Shown in pieces: positions 41,907 to 51,880 of a stretch of 64,000 bases of DNA; position 1 is the stretch's first letter, and each line of letters begins with the position of its first letter. The notes under the pieces are model-generated. The model searched no databases and was not told the DNA's origin. It saw only the letters and a list, made by a program, of their open reading frames with translations. Position numbers and translations under genes: made by a program. This stretch comes from Spirochaetaceae bacterium. Its GTDB lineage: Bacteria; Spirochaetota; Spirochaetia; DSM-2461. The stretch lies in assembly GCA_051531975.1 (NCBI GenBank), contig JAOPTT010000001.1, positions 179,720 to 243,719 on the forward strand, in the 5' to 3' direction.

Positions 41907-41940
41907 CAAAGGATAGAAACCTTTAGATCCCTATCCTCTG
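41907..41940 (-). terminator. Intrinsic terminator of the SBP gene
   Basis: Minus strand CAGAGGATAG...CTATCCTTTG stem followed by TCTATTT. Confidence 0.65.
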
Positions 41941-41962
41941 TTATATTATTTATAGATACTAT

Positions 41963-43237
41963 TTAATCAGCTTTTAATGATTTAGCCCAAGTTTGATCTA
42001 ATATCTCTATCATTTCATCCTGATTCACTTCAGCTATGTAATATGACTGTAAAAGCTTTGCAGTTTCGTCTGTAACCGCTCCAGGTAATGATAGGTCTAA
42101 GTATGCATGACCATCGGCAACATAAGTTAATGCCTCTTGTATCCAAGGGAATACCTCATAGTCATGGAAAGATGCAACTGGGTTAAACTTTAACTCTTTA
42201 AACAGTGATACTGAATCAGATTTATCTAATATATAGTTCATTAGATCATTTGCAACATCTTTATTTTCACATTCAGGTGCTATTGCTAAAGACGTTGAAG
42301 TTGCTAGGTTGATCATTGCATCATCTGAATTATTACTTACAGGTAGAGGTGCAACACCTAGATTCATATCAGGGTTAACTTTTAATATTGACTCGGCCAT
42401 CCATGGTCCTTGAACCCACATAGCTGCTTCACCATTTGCAAAATTAGTTGATCCTGCCATACTTCCAACTTCAAAAGGTTTATCTGTTCCATTTTCCATT
42501 ATCATATCGATAATTTCAAAAACCTGTCTTACATCTGAATATGAAGCTTTGCCGTTATTCATTTTTTCTACAAAATCTTTTGCATCAGAACTAACTACTC
42601 CACCTAGAGATAATGCCATCATTAGTTGAGGTATCCATGATTCCTGAAAAGCTAATACAAATGGTTTAATTTCAGCAGCATTTAATTTATTTACTACGTT
42701 TTCCATTTCTTTTAATGTTGTTGGTGGCTTTAAACCAAGTTCATTAAATATATCTTTATTATAAAGATAACCCCATGACAAACTCTCTAACGGAAGAGCT
42801 ACAACTTTATTGTCGTAAGTTACAGTGTTTTTAACTCCGTCGTATAGATCATTTACAAAGTTTAAACCTGATAAGTCTTCCATGTAACCTGCATTGTAGA
42901 ATGTTGGAATGTCTGCAATAGCATGTAATGTATAAATATCTGGTGCATCATCTGATGCAAACCTTGTTCTTAAGATTTGTGCTGCCTGATCTGCATTAGG
43001 CATTTCTAATTTAATTGTTACATCTATATTTTTTTCAGCAAGCTCTTTAGCTTTAAACTGTTCAAAATATGTTTCAAATTGATCCTGGAATCGAGGGAAG
43101 CTCATAAAAACTTTAAGTTCTACTTTACGAGGTTCATCTATTTTACCTTCTGCTTCATTATTACCCGATGCAAAACATCCCGCTGTAACTACAAGTGAAA
43201 AAATTAAAATCATAAATACTGTTAGTGTCTTTTTCAT
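41963..43237 (-). CDS. Sugar ABC transporter solute-binding protein (MsmE-like)
   Basis: Signal peptide, APDIY, YNKDIFNELGL, FANGEAAMWVQGPW. Confidence 0.93.
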   Translation of the reverse strand: MKKTLTVFMILIFSLVVTAGCFASGNNEAEGKIDEPRKVELKVFMSFPRFQDQFETYFEQFKAKELAEKNIDVTIKLEMPNADQAAQILRTRFASDDAPDIYTLHAIADIPTFYNAGYMEDLSGLNFVNDLYDGVKNTVTYDNKVVALPLESLSWGYLYNKDIFNELGLKPPTTLKEMENVVNKLNAAEIKPFVLAFQESWIPQLMMALSLGGVVSSDAKDFVEKMNNGKASYSDVRQVFEIIDMIMENGTDKPFEVGSMAGSTNFANGEAAMWVQGPWMAESILKVNPDMNLGVAPLPVSNNSDDAMINLATSTSLAIAPECENKDVANDLMNYILDKSDSVSLFKELKFNPVASFHDYEVFPWIQEALTYVADGHAYLDLSLPGAVTDETAKLLQSYYIAEVNQDEMIEILDQTWAKSLKAD

Positions 43238-43336
43238 TAACAACTCCTTATCTTTCCATTAGTATTACAGTTCTAATTTCATAAATATATTGTCTATTTT
43301 AACATCCATTATTGTATATTATTGATGTTACTAAGT

Positions 43337-44401
43337 TTATTTTCTCATTTGTCCTGGTGGGATACCAAAGAATTTCTTAAATACTCTGTAGAAGTAAGCC
43401 AAGTCAGTATATCCACATAAAAATGCAACTTGCTTAATCTCCACACCATCAACTATTATCAGCTCTTTTGCTTTATTCATACGCAGTTTAGTTATGTATT
43501 CATTTAAAGTGATATTAAACTCTTTCTTAAAAGACCTGCTCATATGCTCTTTACTAACTAGGAATAATTTAGAGATAGTTTCCAGAGATAAAACTTCCTG
43601 ATAATAATGGTCGATATGTTTTTTAACATCAGAAAGAGAGAGGAAACCCTTTCTTAATTGGAACTCCTTTATAACCGTTATTGTTTTATTAAAATTATCT
43701 AAAATTGTTAAAAATATATCAATGTTATGATTAGTATTTATATTTTTTGATAAAGTATCTAGGGATAGAGTATCAAGACCAAATCTTGTTGTAAACTCTT
43801 CTAACATAATAGTAAAATCATGTAAAACCCGGTGTTCAACATCATTTTTCAGATCTCCATCTATTGTATTACTTAAATATTCATAGAGCTTTTTAAGGGA
43901 TCCCTCAACTAATAAAATATCTAGTTCTAATAAATAACCAAATACTCTTTTACGGTGTTTTATATATTCATCTAGAATAACTGGGTCATTAAAAATAATA
44001 GAACCATCTGATTGTTGTTTTTGTTCATTAAGTCTGTTTATACATTTTATTAGTGTTTTGTTTAATTCTACTGGATCAACAGGTTTTAAAAGATAATCGA
44101 TAGCTCCGGATCTAATAGCCTGTTGTAAATATGAGAAGTCATCATAACCACTTATAACTATAATCTGAAGTTCTGGAAATTTCACTTCAAGTAGTTTAAG
44201 AAAGTCAGAACCACTCATTCCTGGCATCTGCATATCCGTAATTAGGATCTGAGGGTTTAATTCAGTTATTTTGGTAATTCCATCTATTGAATCTTCTGCT
44301 TCTGCAATCAGGTTAAGGTTTAGATTATCCCATTCTGCTAATGATTTAATAATCTGTCTTGACCATGGTTCATCATCTATAATAATTACATCATACTTCA
44401 T
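43337..44401 (-). CDS. YesN/AraC-type response regulator
   Basis: IIDDE, ITDMQMPGMSG, YLLKP; C-terminal AraC HTH GYTDLAYFYRVFKK. Confidence 0.95.
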   Translation of the reverse strand: MKYDVIIIDDEPWSRQIIKSLAEWDNLNLNLIAEAEDSIDGITKITELNPQILITDMQMPGMSGSDFLKLLEVKFPELQIIVISGYDDFSYLQQAIRSGAIDYLLKPVDPVELNKTLIKCINRLNEQKQQSDGSIIFNDPVILDEYIKHRKRVFGYLLELDILLVEGSLKKLYEYLSNTIDGDLKNDVEHRVLHDFTIMLEEFTTRFGLDTLSLDTLSKNINTNHNIDIFLTILDNFNKTITVIKEFQLRKGFLSLSDVKKHIDHYYQEVLSLETISKLFLVSKEHMSRSFKKEFNITLNEYITKLRMNKAKELIIVDGVEIKQVAFLCGYTDLAYFYRVFKKFFGIPPGQMRK

Positions 44402-46148
44402 TTAAATCACCTCTTTGATCACTTGGGATTACTATTAAAACTTTTGTCCCTAGGCCTACTGTACTAAATAGTCTAAGACCAAACAGATCACCAAAGTGTA
44501 ATTTTAGTCTTGTATCTACATTTTTTAGCCCAATATGACTATCTATACTGTTTTTCTGGATTTTCTTTTGTAATAAAAACTTCTTCTGAGAATTTAGAAT
44601 ATCTCTGTTCATACCAATTCCATCATCACTTATTATAATTAAGACACCTTTTTTCTGCTGAATTGCTCTTATAGATATACTCCATTTCCCTGCTTTAGGT
44701 TGAAGTCCATGTTCAAATGCATTTTCTAAAATAGGCTGAAGTGTAAATTGGGGAATAAGGATATCCTTTATAGACTCATCGATTTCGATACTAACACTAC
44801 AACGTCCTTTAAATCGTAACTCCTGAATCATAAGGTAATTTCTAATATGATTTATCTCTTTTTCAAGTATAACCACATGTCCCTCAGACGCAGTTGTATA
44901 TCTAAAAAGACTTCCAACAGCTCTTGTTACATCATATATTTCTGGAGCTTCTTTAACTAAAGCCATTCCCCCAATAAGTTGTAGAGTATTGTATAAAAAA
45001 TGTGGGTTAATCTGAGCATGTAAGGCATTAAGTCTAGCATTTCGCAAATCAATTTCACTCTGGTATTCTCTTTCCACCATATCTTTCATTCCCAACATTA
45101 AATTATTATATCCCTCTACCAGAATACCTATTTCATCTTTTGATTCAATTTTAAGTTTTTTAAAATCTCCTAGAGAGGTTTCGGTCATGGTTTTTGAAAG
45201 ATTAATAATTGGTTTACTTATCCTTAAAGAAAATAGAACTGCTATAAAAATAGAAACTAAAATTAAAATACCACTAGTAAAAAGTCCTGCAATAACAATT
45301 CTTTTAGAACTTCTAGCAATAAGATCTAACGGAATTGTTTTAATAATAGTTACCCGCTGCCTATCCACTGTTTTAGTGAATATTATATTTTTATCATCAC
45401 TATATATATCAATATCACCACCTATATCAGATAAAGATCTCCAATGTCTAAGATAATCTTCTGAAAGTAAAGATAGTGGTGCTCCAGATAGAAGCTCCCC
45501 CATATCATTTAATAAAAATATATTACCAGACTCCCCTTCCCCTAATATATCTGAAACCCTACTTAAAACTTCTCTGTTTATTCGTATTGCCATACCACCT
45601 AATAATCTTCTATCTGCAAATGCGTTTATACTATGAATAACATAGATAGAATTTGATATCGGTTTTAATCTCAAACTTACTGGACCATTTATAATTGTGG
45701 ACCACTTCCCAATAGTAATATTTGGATAGGTTATGTTTCCACTAATTGCTGCAGATATAGAAATCTCTTGCCCAGATGAGTTAAAATAGAGATCAAGTTT
45801 ATCAATTGTTCTAGAGTTAGAATAAAAAGAGGATCTTAATTTACCTAAGAGAGCATTAGTAATAACATAGTTTTTATCACTGTTTAATTTACCAGAAGCT
45901 TCTATTACATCAACAAAGTCATCATCGATCTGTAGAGTATAAAAGAGGTCATCAAACTGCTGGATCAGATCATCAAGATATTGGCCTGCCCAGTTTACTT
46001 TTGTACTATTGGCATCTATGATCTCTTTTTCTACGGATTTTAGGGTATTATCAGTTGCTACCCATGTTAATATAACAACGGGTAATATCGTCAATATTAA
46101 CATAAGTCCTAATAGTTTAAGTCTTATACTTCCATGTTTCTGATAGAT
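44391..46148 (-). CDS. YesM-type sensor histidine kinase (probable non-AUG start)
   Basis: HAMP DEIGIL, AQINPHFLYNTL, QPILENAFEHG, HIGLKNV; frame extends upstream of ATG 46103 to ATC 46148 behind AAGGAG. Confidence 0.9.
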   Translation of the reverse strand: MYQKHGSIRLKLLGLMLILTILPVVILTWVATDNTLKSVEKEIIDANSTKVNWAGQYLDDLIQQFDDLFYTLQIDDDFVDVIEASGKLNSDKNYVITNALLGKLRSSFYSNSRTIDKLDLYFNSSGQEISISAAISGNITYPNITIGKWSTIINGPVSLRLKPISNSIYVIHSINAFADRRLLGGMAIRINREVLSRVSDILGEGESGNIFLLNDMGELLSGAPLSLLSEDYLRHWRSLSDIGGDIDIYSDDKNIIFTKTVDRQRVTIIKTIPLDLIARSSKRIVIAGLFTSGILILVSIFIAVLFSLRISKPIINLSKTMTETSLGDFKKLKIESKDEIGILVEGYNNLMLGMKDMVEREYQSEIDLRNARLNALHAQINPHFLYNTLQLIGGMALVKEAPEIYDVTRAVGSLFRYTTASEGHVVILEKEINHIRNYLMIQELRFKGRCSVSIEIDESIKDILIPQFTLQPILENAFEHGLQPKAGKWSISIRAIQQKKGVLIIISDDGIGMNRDILNSQKKFLLQKKIQKNSIDSHIGLKNVDTRLKLHFGDLFGLRLFSTVGLGTKVLIVIPSDQRGDLNEV

Positions 46149-46158
46149 AATAATCTCC

Positions 46159-47775
46159 TTAACTATTAAGTTCTATATTTATTTTTTCAATCTTAACTTT
46201 TCCATTAATTACAAATAAGGTGATATTGTTTAATCCTTGAAAAGCAGTAAAAGATATGGAACTCTTTATATCTTTCCAGACCGGTGTAACTTCATAATAA
46301 GCTGGGAATATTTGATTGTCCAACGATAGTTTTATTCTTACATTATCTGATTCACTTTTTGCTCTAATTGAAATATTATGAATTTTATTCTCATTTTTTT
46401 TATCTACATAAAAGTTATAACTAACCCACTCTTCTTTATTTAATTCTATATATGCCCATTCATCATCTTTCCAATCTTCTCCACCACCATGTTGAAAGTT
46501 TGTAATTTCCCTATTTCCAGTTGTAAATCCCATACTTATTCCATCATTGACCCTATAACCAATAGAACGCAAATTATTATTTTTATTTATATTAAAACCT
46601 ATACCCTCATCCTTAAAAGAATAAAAGATCGCAGGTATAGTTAAAGGAGTAACACTAAGTATTGATCTTGAAACGTCTGGTCTATAAAAACAGTTACAGA
46701 TTTTTATATTATTTAGAAACTCCCATAATATAGAAATTGATTTTTCTCTATTTGGTTTTTTACCACCTATTAAATAATCTATAAGTAGATCCCACTCTAA
46801 GGGCTTTTTTATAGAAAAAGGTGAATTTGTAGTAAACATTTTTTTCCATGTCCAGAAATTCCAGGAAATATCTAAATCTTCAAACAGTCGAAACGCCCCA
46901 GTATACCAATTACAGTTATTTTCTCCACCTTCTCCCATAAATATAGGAACATTAAGTTCGTCTCTTTTTTTTAGGTATGGAGTTAAACTCTCTTTATCAG
47001 GGTTATTCCAGTATTTATGAAACTGAAGCATAATATTATCATCTAATTTTTCAGTAAATATCGACCAGTCTGTAGCCCAATGAACACCTTCTAATATGAT
47101 CATATGTTTTGTATCAATTTCTCTTATAACCTTAATTATTTTCTTATACAGGGGAAGAACTTTGTGATTATATTTTGAAAACCATTCAGGTAATGGTTCA
47201 TTTAAGAGGTCATAACCAGCTATAATCCACTGATCTTTATATCTTTTTGCTATTTCTTTCCAAAAATCTATCATAAGCTTTATATTTGAATCCTTAATAA
47301 AAAGCTCAGGACTATCATTTTCAGAATCATCTATATTTGTACCGGTCTGCCCTCCAGGAGCACCATGAAGATCAAGAATGATATAAATATTATATTTAGT
47401 GCACCACTTAATCGCATTATCAATATGTTTTATTATATTACTGTTCTCTTTAAAGTTACGATAATTAATTGGTATCCGTACTGAGTTATATCCCTCTTCT
47501 GATATAACTCTAATATCATTCTCGGTTATATATTCTTTATAATAAATATCCCAAAATTCGTCAGCTTTAACATCACCTACTAGATCTCTGATCATCTTTT
47601 CCATTCGTCTAGGGCGATCTGCTTCTTCTGGGAAACACCACATATAACCTTCAGGCAAAAACCAACTTCCAAAACCAACGCCCCTAAATAGGATCTCTTC
47701 TCCCCGGCCATTAACCACAGTTTTATCCTTAGCTGAGACAAAACCAAAAACCTTATTCTCTGTTAATTTATTCAA
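46159..47775 (-). CDS. GH5 glycoside hydrolase with C-terminal CBM6-like module, no signal peptide
   Basis: NSVRIP, LDLHGAPGGQ, acid/base LLNEP, nucleophile FMGEGGE. Confidence 0.9.
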   Translation of the reverse strand: MNKLTENKVFGFVSAKDKTVVNGRGEEILFRGVGFGSWFLPEGYMWCFPEEADRPRRMEKMIRDLVGDVKADEFWDIYYKEYITENDIRVISEEGYNSVRIPINYRNFKENSNIIKHIDNAIKWCTKYNIYIILDLHGAPGGQTGTNIDDSENDSPELFIKDSNIKLMIDFWKEIAKRYKDQWIIAGYDLLNEPLPEWFSKYNHKVLPLYKKIIKVIREIDTKHMIILEGVHWATDWSIFTEKLDDNIMLQFHKYWNNPDKESLTPYLKKRDELNVPIFMGEGGENNCNWYTGAFRLFEDLDISWNFWTWKKMFTTNSPFSIKKPLEWDLLIDYLIGGKKPNREKSISILWEFLNNIKICNCFYRPDVSRSILSVTPLTIPAIFYSFKDEGIGFNINKNNNLRSIGYRVNDGISMGFTTGNREITNFQHGGGEDWKDDEWAYIELNKEEWVSYNFYVDKKNENKIHNISIRAKSESDNVRIKLSLDNQIFPAYYEVTPVWKDIKSSISFTAFQGLNNITLFVINGKVKIEKINIELNS

Positions 47776-47779
47776 ATGA

Positions 47780-48619
47780 TTATCCTTTTATTGCACCATC
47801 AGAGATGCCTTTAGTTATATATTTTTGTAGGGTGAGGTATAGGATTACCACAGGTAACATTGCCAAAATCAGTGTTGCTAAAATTGCAGACCAATCGTTA
47901 TTATTATACTGGCCAAATAACATGTTAGTTGATAATAAGATTGTATAATCATCTGAGTTTGTTAACATTAAAAGAGGTAATAAAAAGTCATTCCAAATCC
48001 ATAAAGAATTTAAAATAGCAACAGTTGCAGTGATTGGAAGAAGTAGAGGAAAAATTACAGTTATATAATACTTAAACTCCCCACAACCATCCATTATTGC
48101 TGCTTCATCAAGTTCCATTGGTATAGATTTAACAAATCCGTGATATAAAAAGATTGCCATCGGTACACCTAATCCAATATATATAAATCCTAAACCTACT
48201 GTTGATCCCTGAACTCCCACAACTCTAGACATCTTAACAAGGGTTATCATAATGGAATGAAAAGGTATTAACATTGACATAACAAACAGTGAAAAAAAGA
48301 AACGACTGAGTTTAGTTTTTGATCTAGAGAGTTTATAACCAGCCATTGATGCAAATACTATAATTCCACTTAATCCTACAATAACTACTACTAATGTATT
48401 AATAAAACTCCTTAAAAAATGAGTTTTGTTAAATGCATCTATATAATTTTTATATAGAAAATCCTTTGGTAATGCCACAATATTATTTAGTATTTCCCCG
48501 TCTGACTTAAAAGAGTTTATAAGTGCCACATATATAGGGAAAAGAGTAATAAATGAAACCAATATTAATATAGTTCTGGATAAATTATCATAAGCTCTAT
48601 CTTTGTTTAGTATAGTCAT
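47780..48619 (-). CDS. Carbohydrate ABC transporter permease
   Basis: IPMELDEAAIMDGC, WNDFLLP, GAIKG. Confidence 0.95.
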   Translation of the reverse strand: MTILNKDRAYDNLSRTILILVSFITLFPIYVALINSFKSDGEILNNIVALPKDFLYKNYIDAFNKTHFLRSFINTLVVVIVGLSGIIVFASMAGYKLSRSKTKLSRFFFSLFVMSMLIPFHSIMITLVKMSRVVGVQGSTVGLGFIYIGLGVPMAIFLYHGFVKSIPMELDEAAIMDGCGEFKYYITVIFPLLLPITATVAILNSLWIWNDFLLPLLMLTNSDDYTILLSTNMLFGQYNNNDWSAILATLILAMLPVVILYLTLQKYITKGISDGAIKG

Positions 48620-49515
48620 TAAGCTTGTACCTCTCTTTTTTTCATAACAATTAGTTGAACACAAGTAATTGCAAATATTATTAGGAATAGGACTATAGCT
48701 TTTGCGCTGGCATAACCATAACGATTACTCATGTTAAATGCTTCCTCAAATATATTTAATGCTATTACCTGGGTAGATCTTCCAGGACCTCCACCAGTTA
48801 AAGCAAATACAGCTTCAAAAACCTTAAAAGAACTGTTTAGCGATAGAAATATTCCTATTGTAACTGCAGGTAAAATCATTGGGAGCTTAATATACTTAAA
48901 AAGAATATATGTTTTTGCACCATCTATGGATGCAGCTTCTATTAATTGTGCAGGGATACTCTGCAAAGCTGCAATATAGATAATCATAAGATAACCTACA
49001 CCAGCCCATAGAGAGACTATAAGAACCGCATAAAAAGATAGCCTTGGATCTCCTAGCCAAGTTTGATTTAGAAATGAGAAGATTCCATCTCCACTGACTC
49101 CAGGTAGTACTTTTGTGAAAATAAACATCCAGATGAATCCCGATATAATCATACTGATCATATTTGGCATAAAAAACAGGGTACGGAATACAAATTTACT
49201 TTTTTTTCTATTCTCAATAAGAAGTGCTAATAACAGAGCCAAAACATTTTGAAGTATAACCATATAGATTACAAACTTAAGGGTAAATATTATGGATTTA
49301 ATAAAATATTTGTCCTCAGTTATTATCTCTATATAATTTGATAATCCAACAATTTTATAGTTAGGATTTAGGCCATTCCAATTGGTAAAACTATACCAAA
49401 TACCACCAAAAGCGGGTATTAGAACAAATAGTGTATAAAAAATTAATGCAGGACAAATAAAAGCAAATAACTTAAGGGATTCAATACCCTTTTTACCTCC
49501 AAGCATATGTGGCAA
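48619..49515 (-). CDS. Carbohydrate ABC transporter permease
   Basis: SFTNWNG, LQSIPAQLIEAASIDGA, TGGGPG. Confidence 0.95.
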   Translation of the reverse strand: MPHMLGGKKGIESLKLFAFICPALIFYTLFVLIPAFGGIWYSFTNWNGLNPNYKIVGLSNYIEIITEDKYFIKSIIFTLKFVIYMVILQNVLALLLALLIENRKKSKFVFRTLFFMPNMISMIISGFIWMFIFTKVLPGVSGDGIFSFLNQTWLGDPRLSFYAVLIVSLWAGVGYLMIIYIAALQSIPAQLIEAASIDGAKTYILFKYIKLPMILPAVTIGIFLSLNSSFKVFEAVFALTGGGPGRSTQVIALNIFEEAFNMSNRYGYASAKAIVLFLIIFAITCVQLIVMKKREVQA

Positions 49516-49625
49516 CTCCTATAGAATTAGATATACTACATTTATATATAATTCTATTGATGTTGTCTTTTTAATATTTTAACGGAGGTTATTGGACGAT
49601 ATTGATATGTGTGATTTAGTGAGTG

Positions 49626-50234
49626 TTACTGTATATTATTTCTCAATAATTCTATTGCTAATTTTAAATCTTTATCTTCTATAGCCTTTAAAATATTATC
49701 ATGTTCTTTGCAACTCTCATTTAAATCTGCAAGTCTGTTGTAGTTAAACATCATTCTAAAAACTAAATCATTCCAGATACCATAAAGGTGTCTTTCATCG
49801 TACCTTTTGATAATAATACTATGAAAACTCATATCAAAATTAATTAGTTCGTTTAAATCACTATTTTTACTAGCTTCATTCATTTTTTCTAAAGCCATTT
49901 TCATATTCATTATATCTTCATCTGTTAGATTATCAATACAGTTTGTTAATGCAAAAACTTCTACATGTCGTCTAAGTTCAATAACTTCGTTAATAACTTC
50001 ATCAGATGGAGCTGGAGCAACAGTTACTCCTACATTTGGTCTAGAAACTAAAAAACCCTCTTTAGCTAGAAGTTTTAGAGCATCTCTAATTGGACCACGG
50101 CTTACATTGTATTTTTGAGCCATCTGAACTTCTTTAAGACTTTCACCTTCTATAAGTTTACCATTAAAAATATCTCTTTTAATCTGATGGACTATTTGTT
50201 CTGATATTGTATAAAAAACTTTTTCACCAAACAT
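49626..50234 (-). CDS. GntR (FadR/FCD) family regulator
   Basis: VSRGPIRDAL...EGFL; FCD DMSFH, EHDNIL. Confidence 0.93.
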   Translation of the reverse strand: MFGEKVFYTISEQIVHQIKRDIFNGKLIEGESLKEVQMAQKYNVSRGPIRDALKLLAKEGFLVSRPNVGVTVAPAPSDEVINEVIELRRHVEVFALTNCIDNLTDEDIMNMKMALEKMNEASKNSDLNELINFDMSFHSIIIKRYDERHLYGIWNDLVFRMMFNYNRLADLNESCKEHDNILKAIEDKDLKLAIELLRNNIQ

Positions 50235-50392
50235 TAAACTACCTCCGTATAACGGTTATACTCAGTATTATTGAGCATTGTTAACAATTATACAAGATAT
50301 TTATCTCTTTTAATTCAAATATTAATATATCAGGATGTATTAAAAGTATTGGTTTTCGACCATTTCTATAGGTACATCACATTTTTTATTTA

Positions 50393-51880
50393 CTACTGTA
50401 CTTTTTTAACTGTATTAATAATAAAAGATGGGTCATCAATACCTATAGAAATTCTAAGTAGATCAGGGGACATACCAAGTTCTTTTAAATATTTTAAACC
50501 CTCATCATTTTTAGTTTCATTATAATGTGCTAATAAGGTATAACTCATTATTATTGGAAACTCAGATCCAAGGCTTGGTCCTTTTGGTAGCAACAAATTA
50601 TCGTATACTTTTGCTATTTCACCAAAAAAAACTACAGAAATAACTCCACAAAATGATTTTGGGGTTTTTGCAATTTTATTCCAGTTTTGAAGTTGGGATT
50701 TGTTATATACAGAAAAAACATCTTTAATTTTATCATTTGTTTTTAGATAATTATAAATAGTTTTAGCATTATCGTTTATCTTTAAAACTCTATCTTTATA
50801 CCCTTTTATTGAATGGGCCAATCTATTTTGTGTCCTAATATATAAAGGACTAATGAAATTCTTAATTTCATTCATTATTTGTGGTTTTAATTGTGATTGA
50901 GTTGGTAGAATAACAGCACCTGCCATTAGATCCCCTTTCCCTGAAGCAAACTTAGTTAAACTTTCAAAAATTAAATCACAATATAAATTTATATCAACAT
51001 TCCAGGGTGTAGCGAATGTATTATCTACAAGTAGTGGAATATTATACTCTTTAGATAGTTCATATACCTTAGGAAGATCAGGGACTTCAATCAGGGGATT
51101 AGAGACAGTTTCTAAATAGATACCTGCAACTTCAGCTCCTCTTTTGTTAAGTAGATCTTCAAGTTTAGAAGTTGATTTTACATCGCTAATTATAACTAAT
51201 TCATCTGTGCATTTTTTTAATATTTGTATTGTATCAGAATATGCCCAACCAAATAGAATAAATAGTTTTCGACCCTTAGTATCTGATAACCGTTTCACAG
51301 CCTCAAATCCAGCATAGATAACATTCATACCACAATTTCCAAGTAGAATATTACTTGATCCATAACCGTCTGATAATACATCTAATATTATATTTTCTGA
51401 ATTTGTGTTAACTACATCTTCTTTGAATTCAGGGGTTTTTACACCTAATCTATTTAATAGATCTTCTGCTTCTCTATCAAAAAGCATATACCCACAATGT
51501 TTCATTAAGTTATAATAGCTTTCTATTTCATCTTTTTTATCTAATTTAAATATAGCTAAAGTATATTCATGAAAATCGAGGAATTCTGGAGTAGTATCTG
51601 ATAAACCTGAAACACACAAAGCAGATTTTAGATCTGGTAATAAAAATAGTTTATAATCTGTTAGGTTCAATTCATCAGTCGCTATTTCTATAATCTTTTT
51701 AATATATGGATGAAATAATATTCTAGGGTAAGCGCTTTTTATGACATTTAAACTTTCACTTGTCCCTTCTTCGTAATCTATAACGTCCTGAATTGTAGGC
51801 ATACTAACAGAGAAGGCATATGGGTTATTTAGTGGAATAGATTCCCCTAAAGGAATAGGCTCATAATATTGTTTGTTCAA
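50393..51880 (-). CDS. Long-type (fungal Str2-like) cystathionine gamma-synthase
   Basis: N-terminal extension PLGESIP...SVSMPT...YEEG...YPR; SNPL, DNTF, SLTKFASG, GPSLG, LLRISIG. Confidence 0.8.
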   Translation of the reverse strand: MNKQYYEPIPLGESIPLNNPYAFSVSMPTIQDVIDYEEGTSESLNVIKSAYPRILFHPYIKKIIEIATDELNLTDYKLFLLPDLKSALCVSGLSDTTPEFLDFHEYTLAIFKLDKKDEIESYYNLMKHCGYMLFDREAEDLLNRLGVKTPEFKEDVVNTNSENIILDVLSDGYGSSNILLGNCGMNVIYAGFEAVKRLSDTKGRKLFILFGWAYSDTIQILKKCTDELVIISDVKSTSKLEDLLNKRGAEVAGIYLETVSNPLIEVPDLPKVYELSKEYNIPLLVDNTFATPWNVDINLYCDLIFESLTKFASGKGDLMAGAVILPTQSQLKPQIMNEIKNFISPLYIRTQNRLAHSIKGYKDRVLKINDNAKTIYNYLKTNDKIKDVFSVYNKSQLQNWNKIAKTPKSFCGVISVVFFGEIAKVYDNLLLPKGPSLGSEFPIIMSYTLLAHYNETKNDEGLKYLKELGMSPDLLRISIGIDDPSFIINTVKKVQ

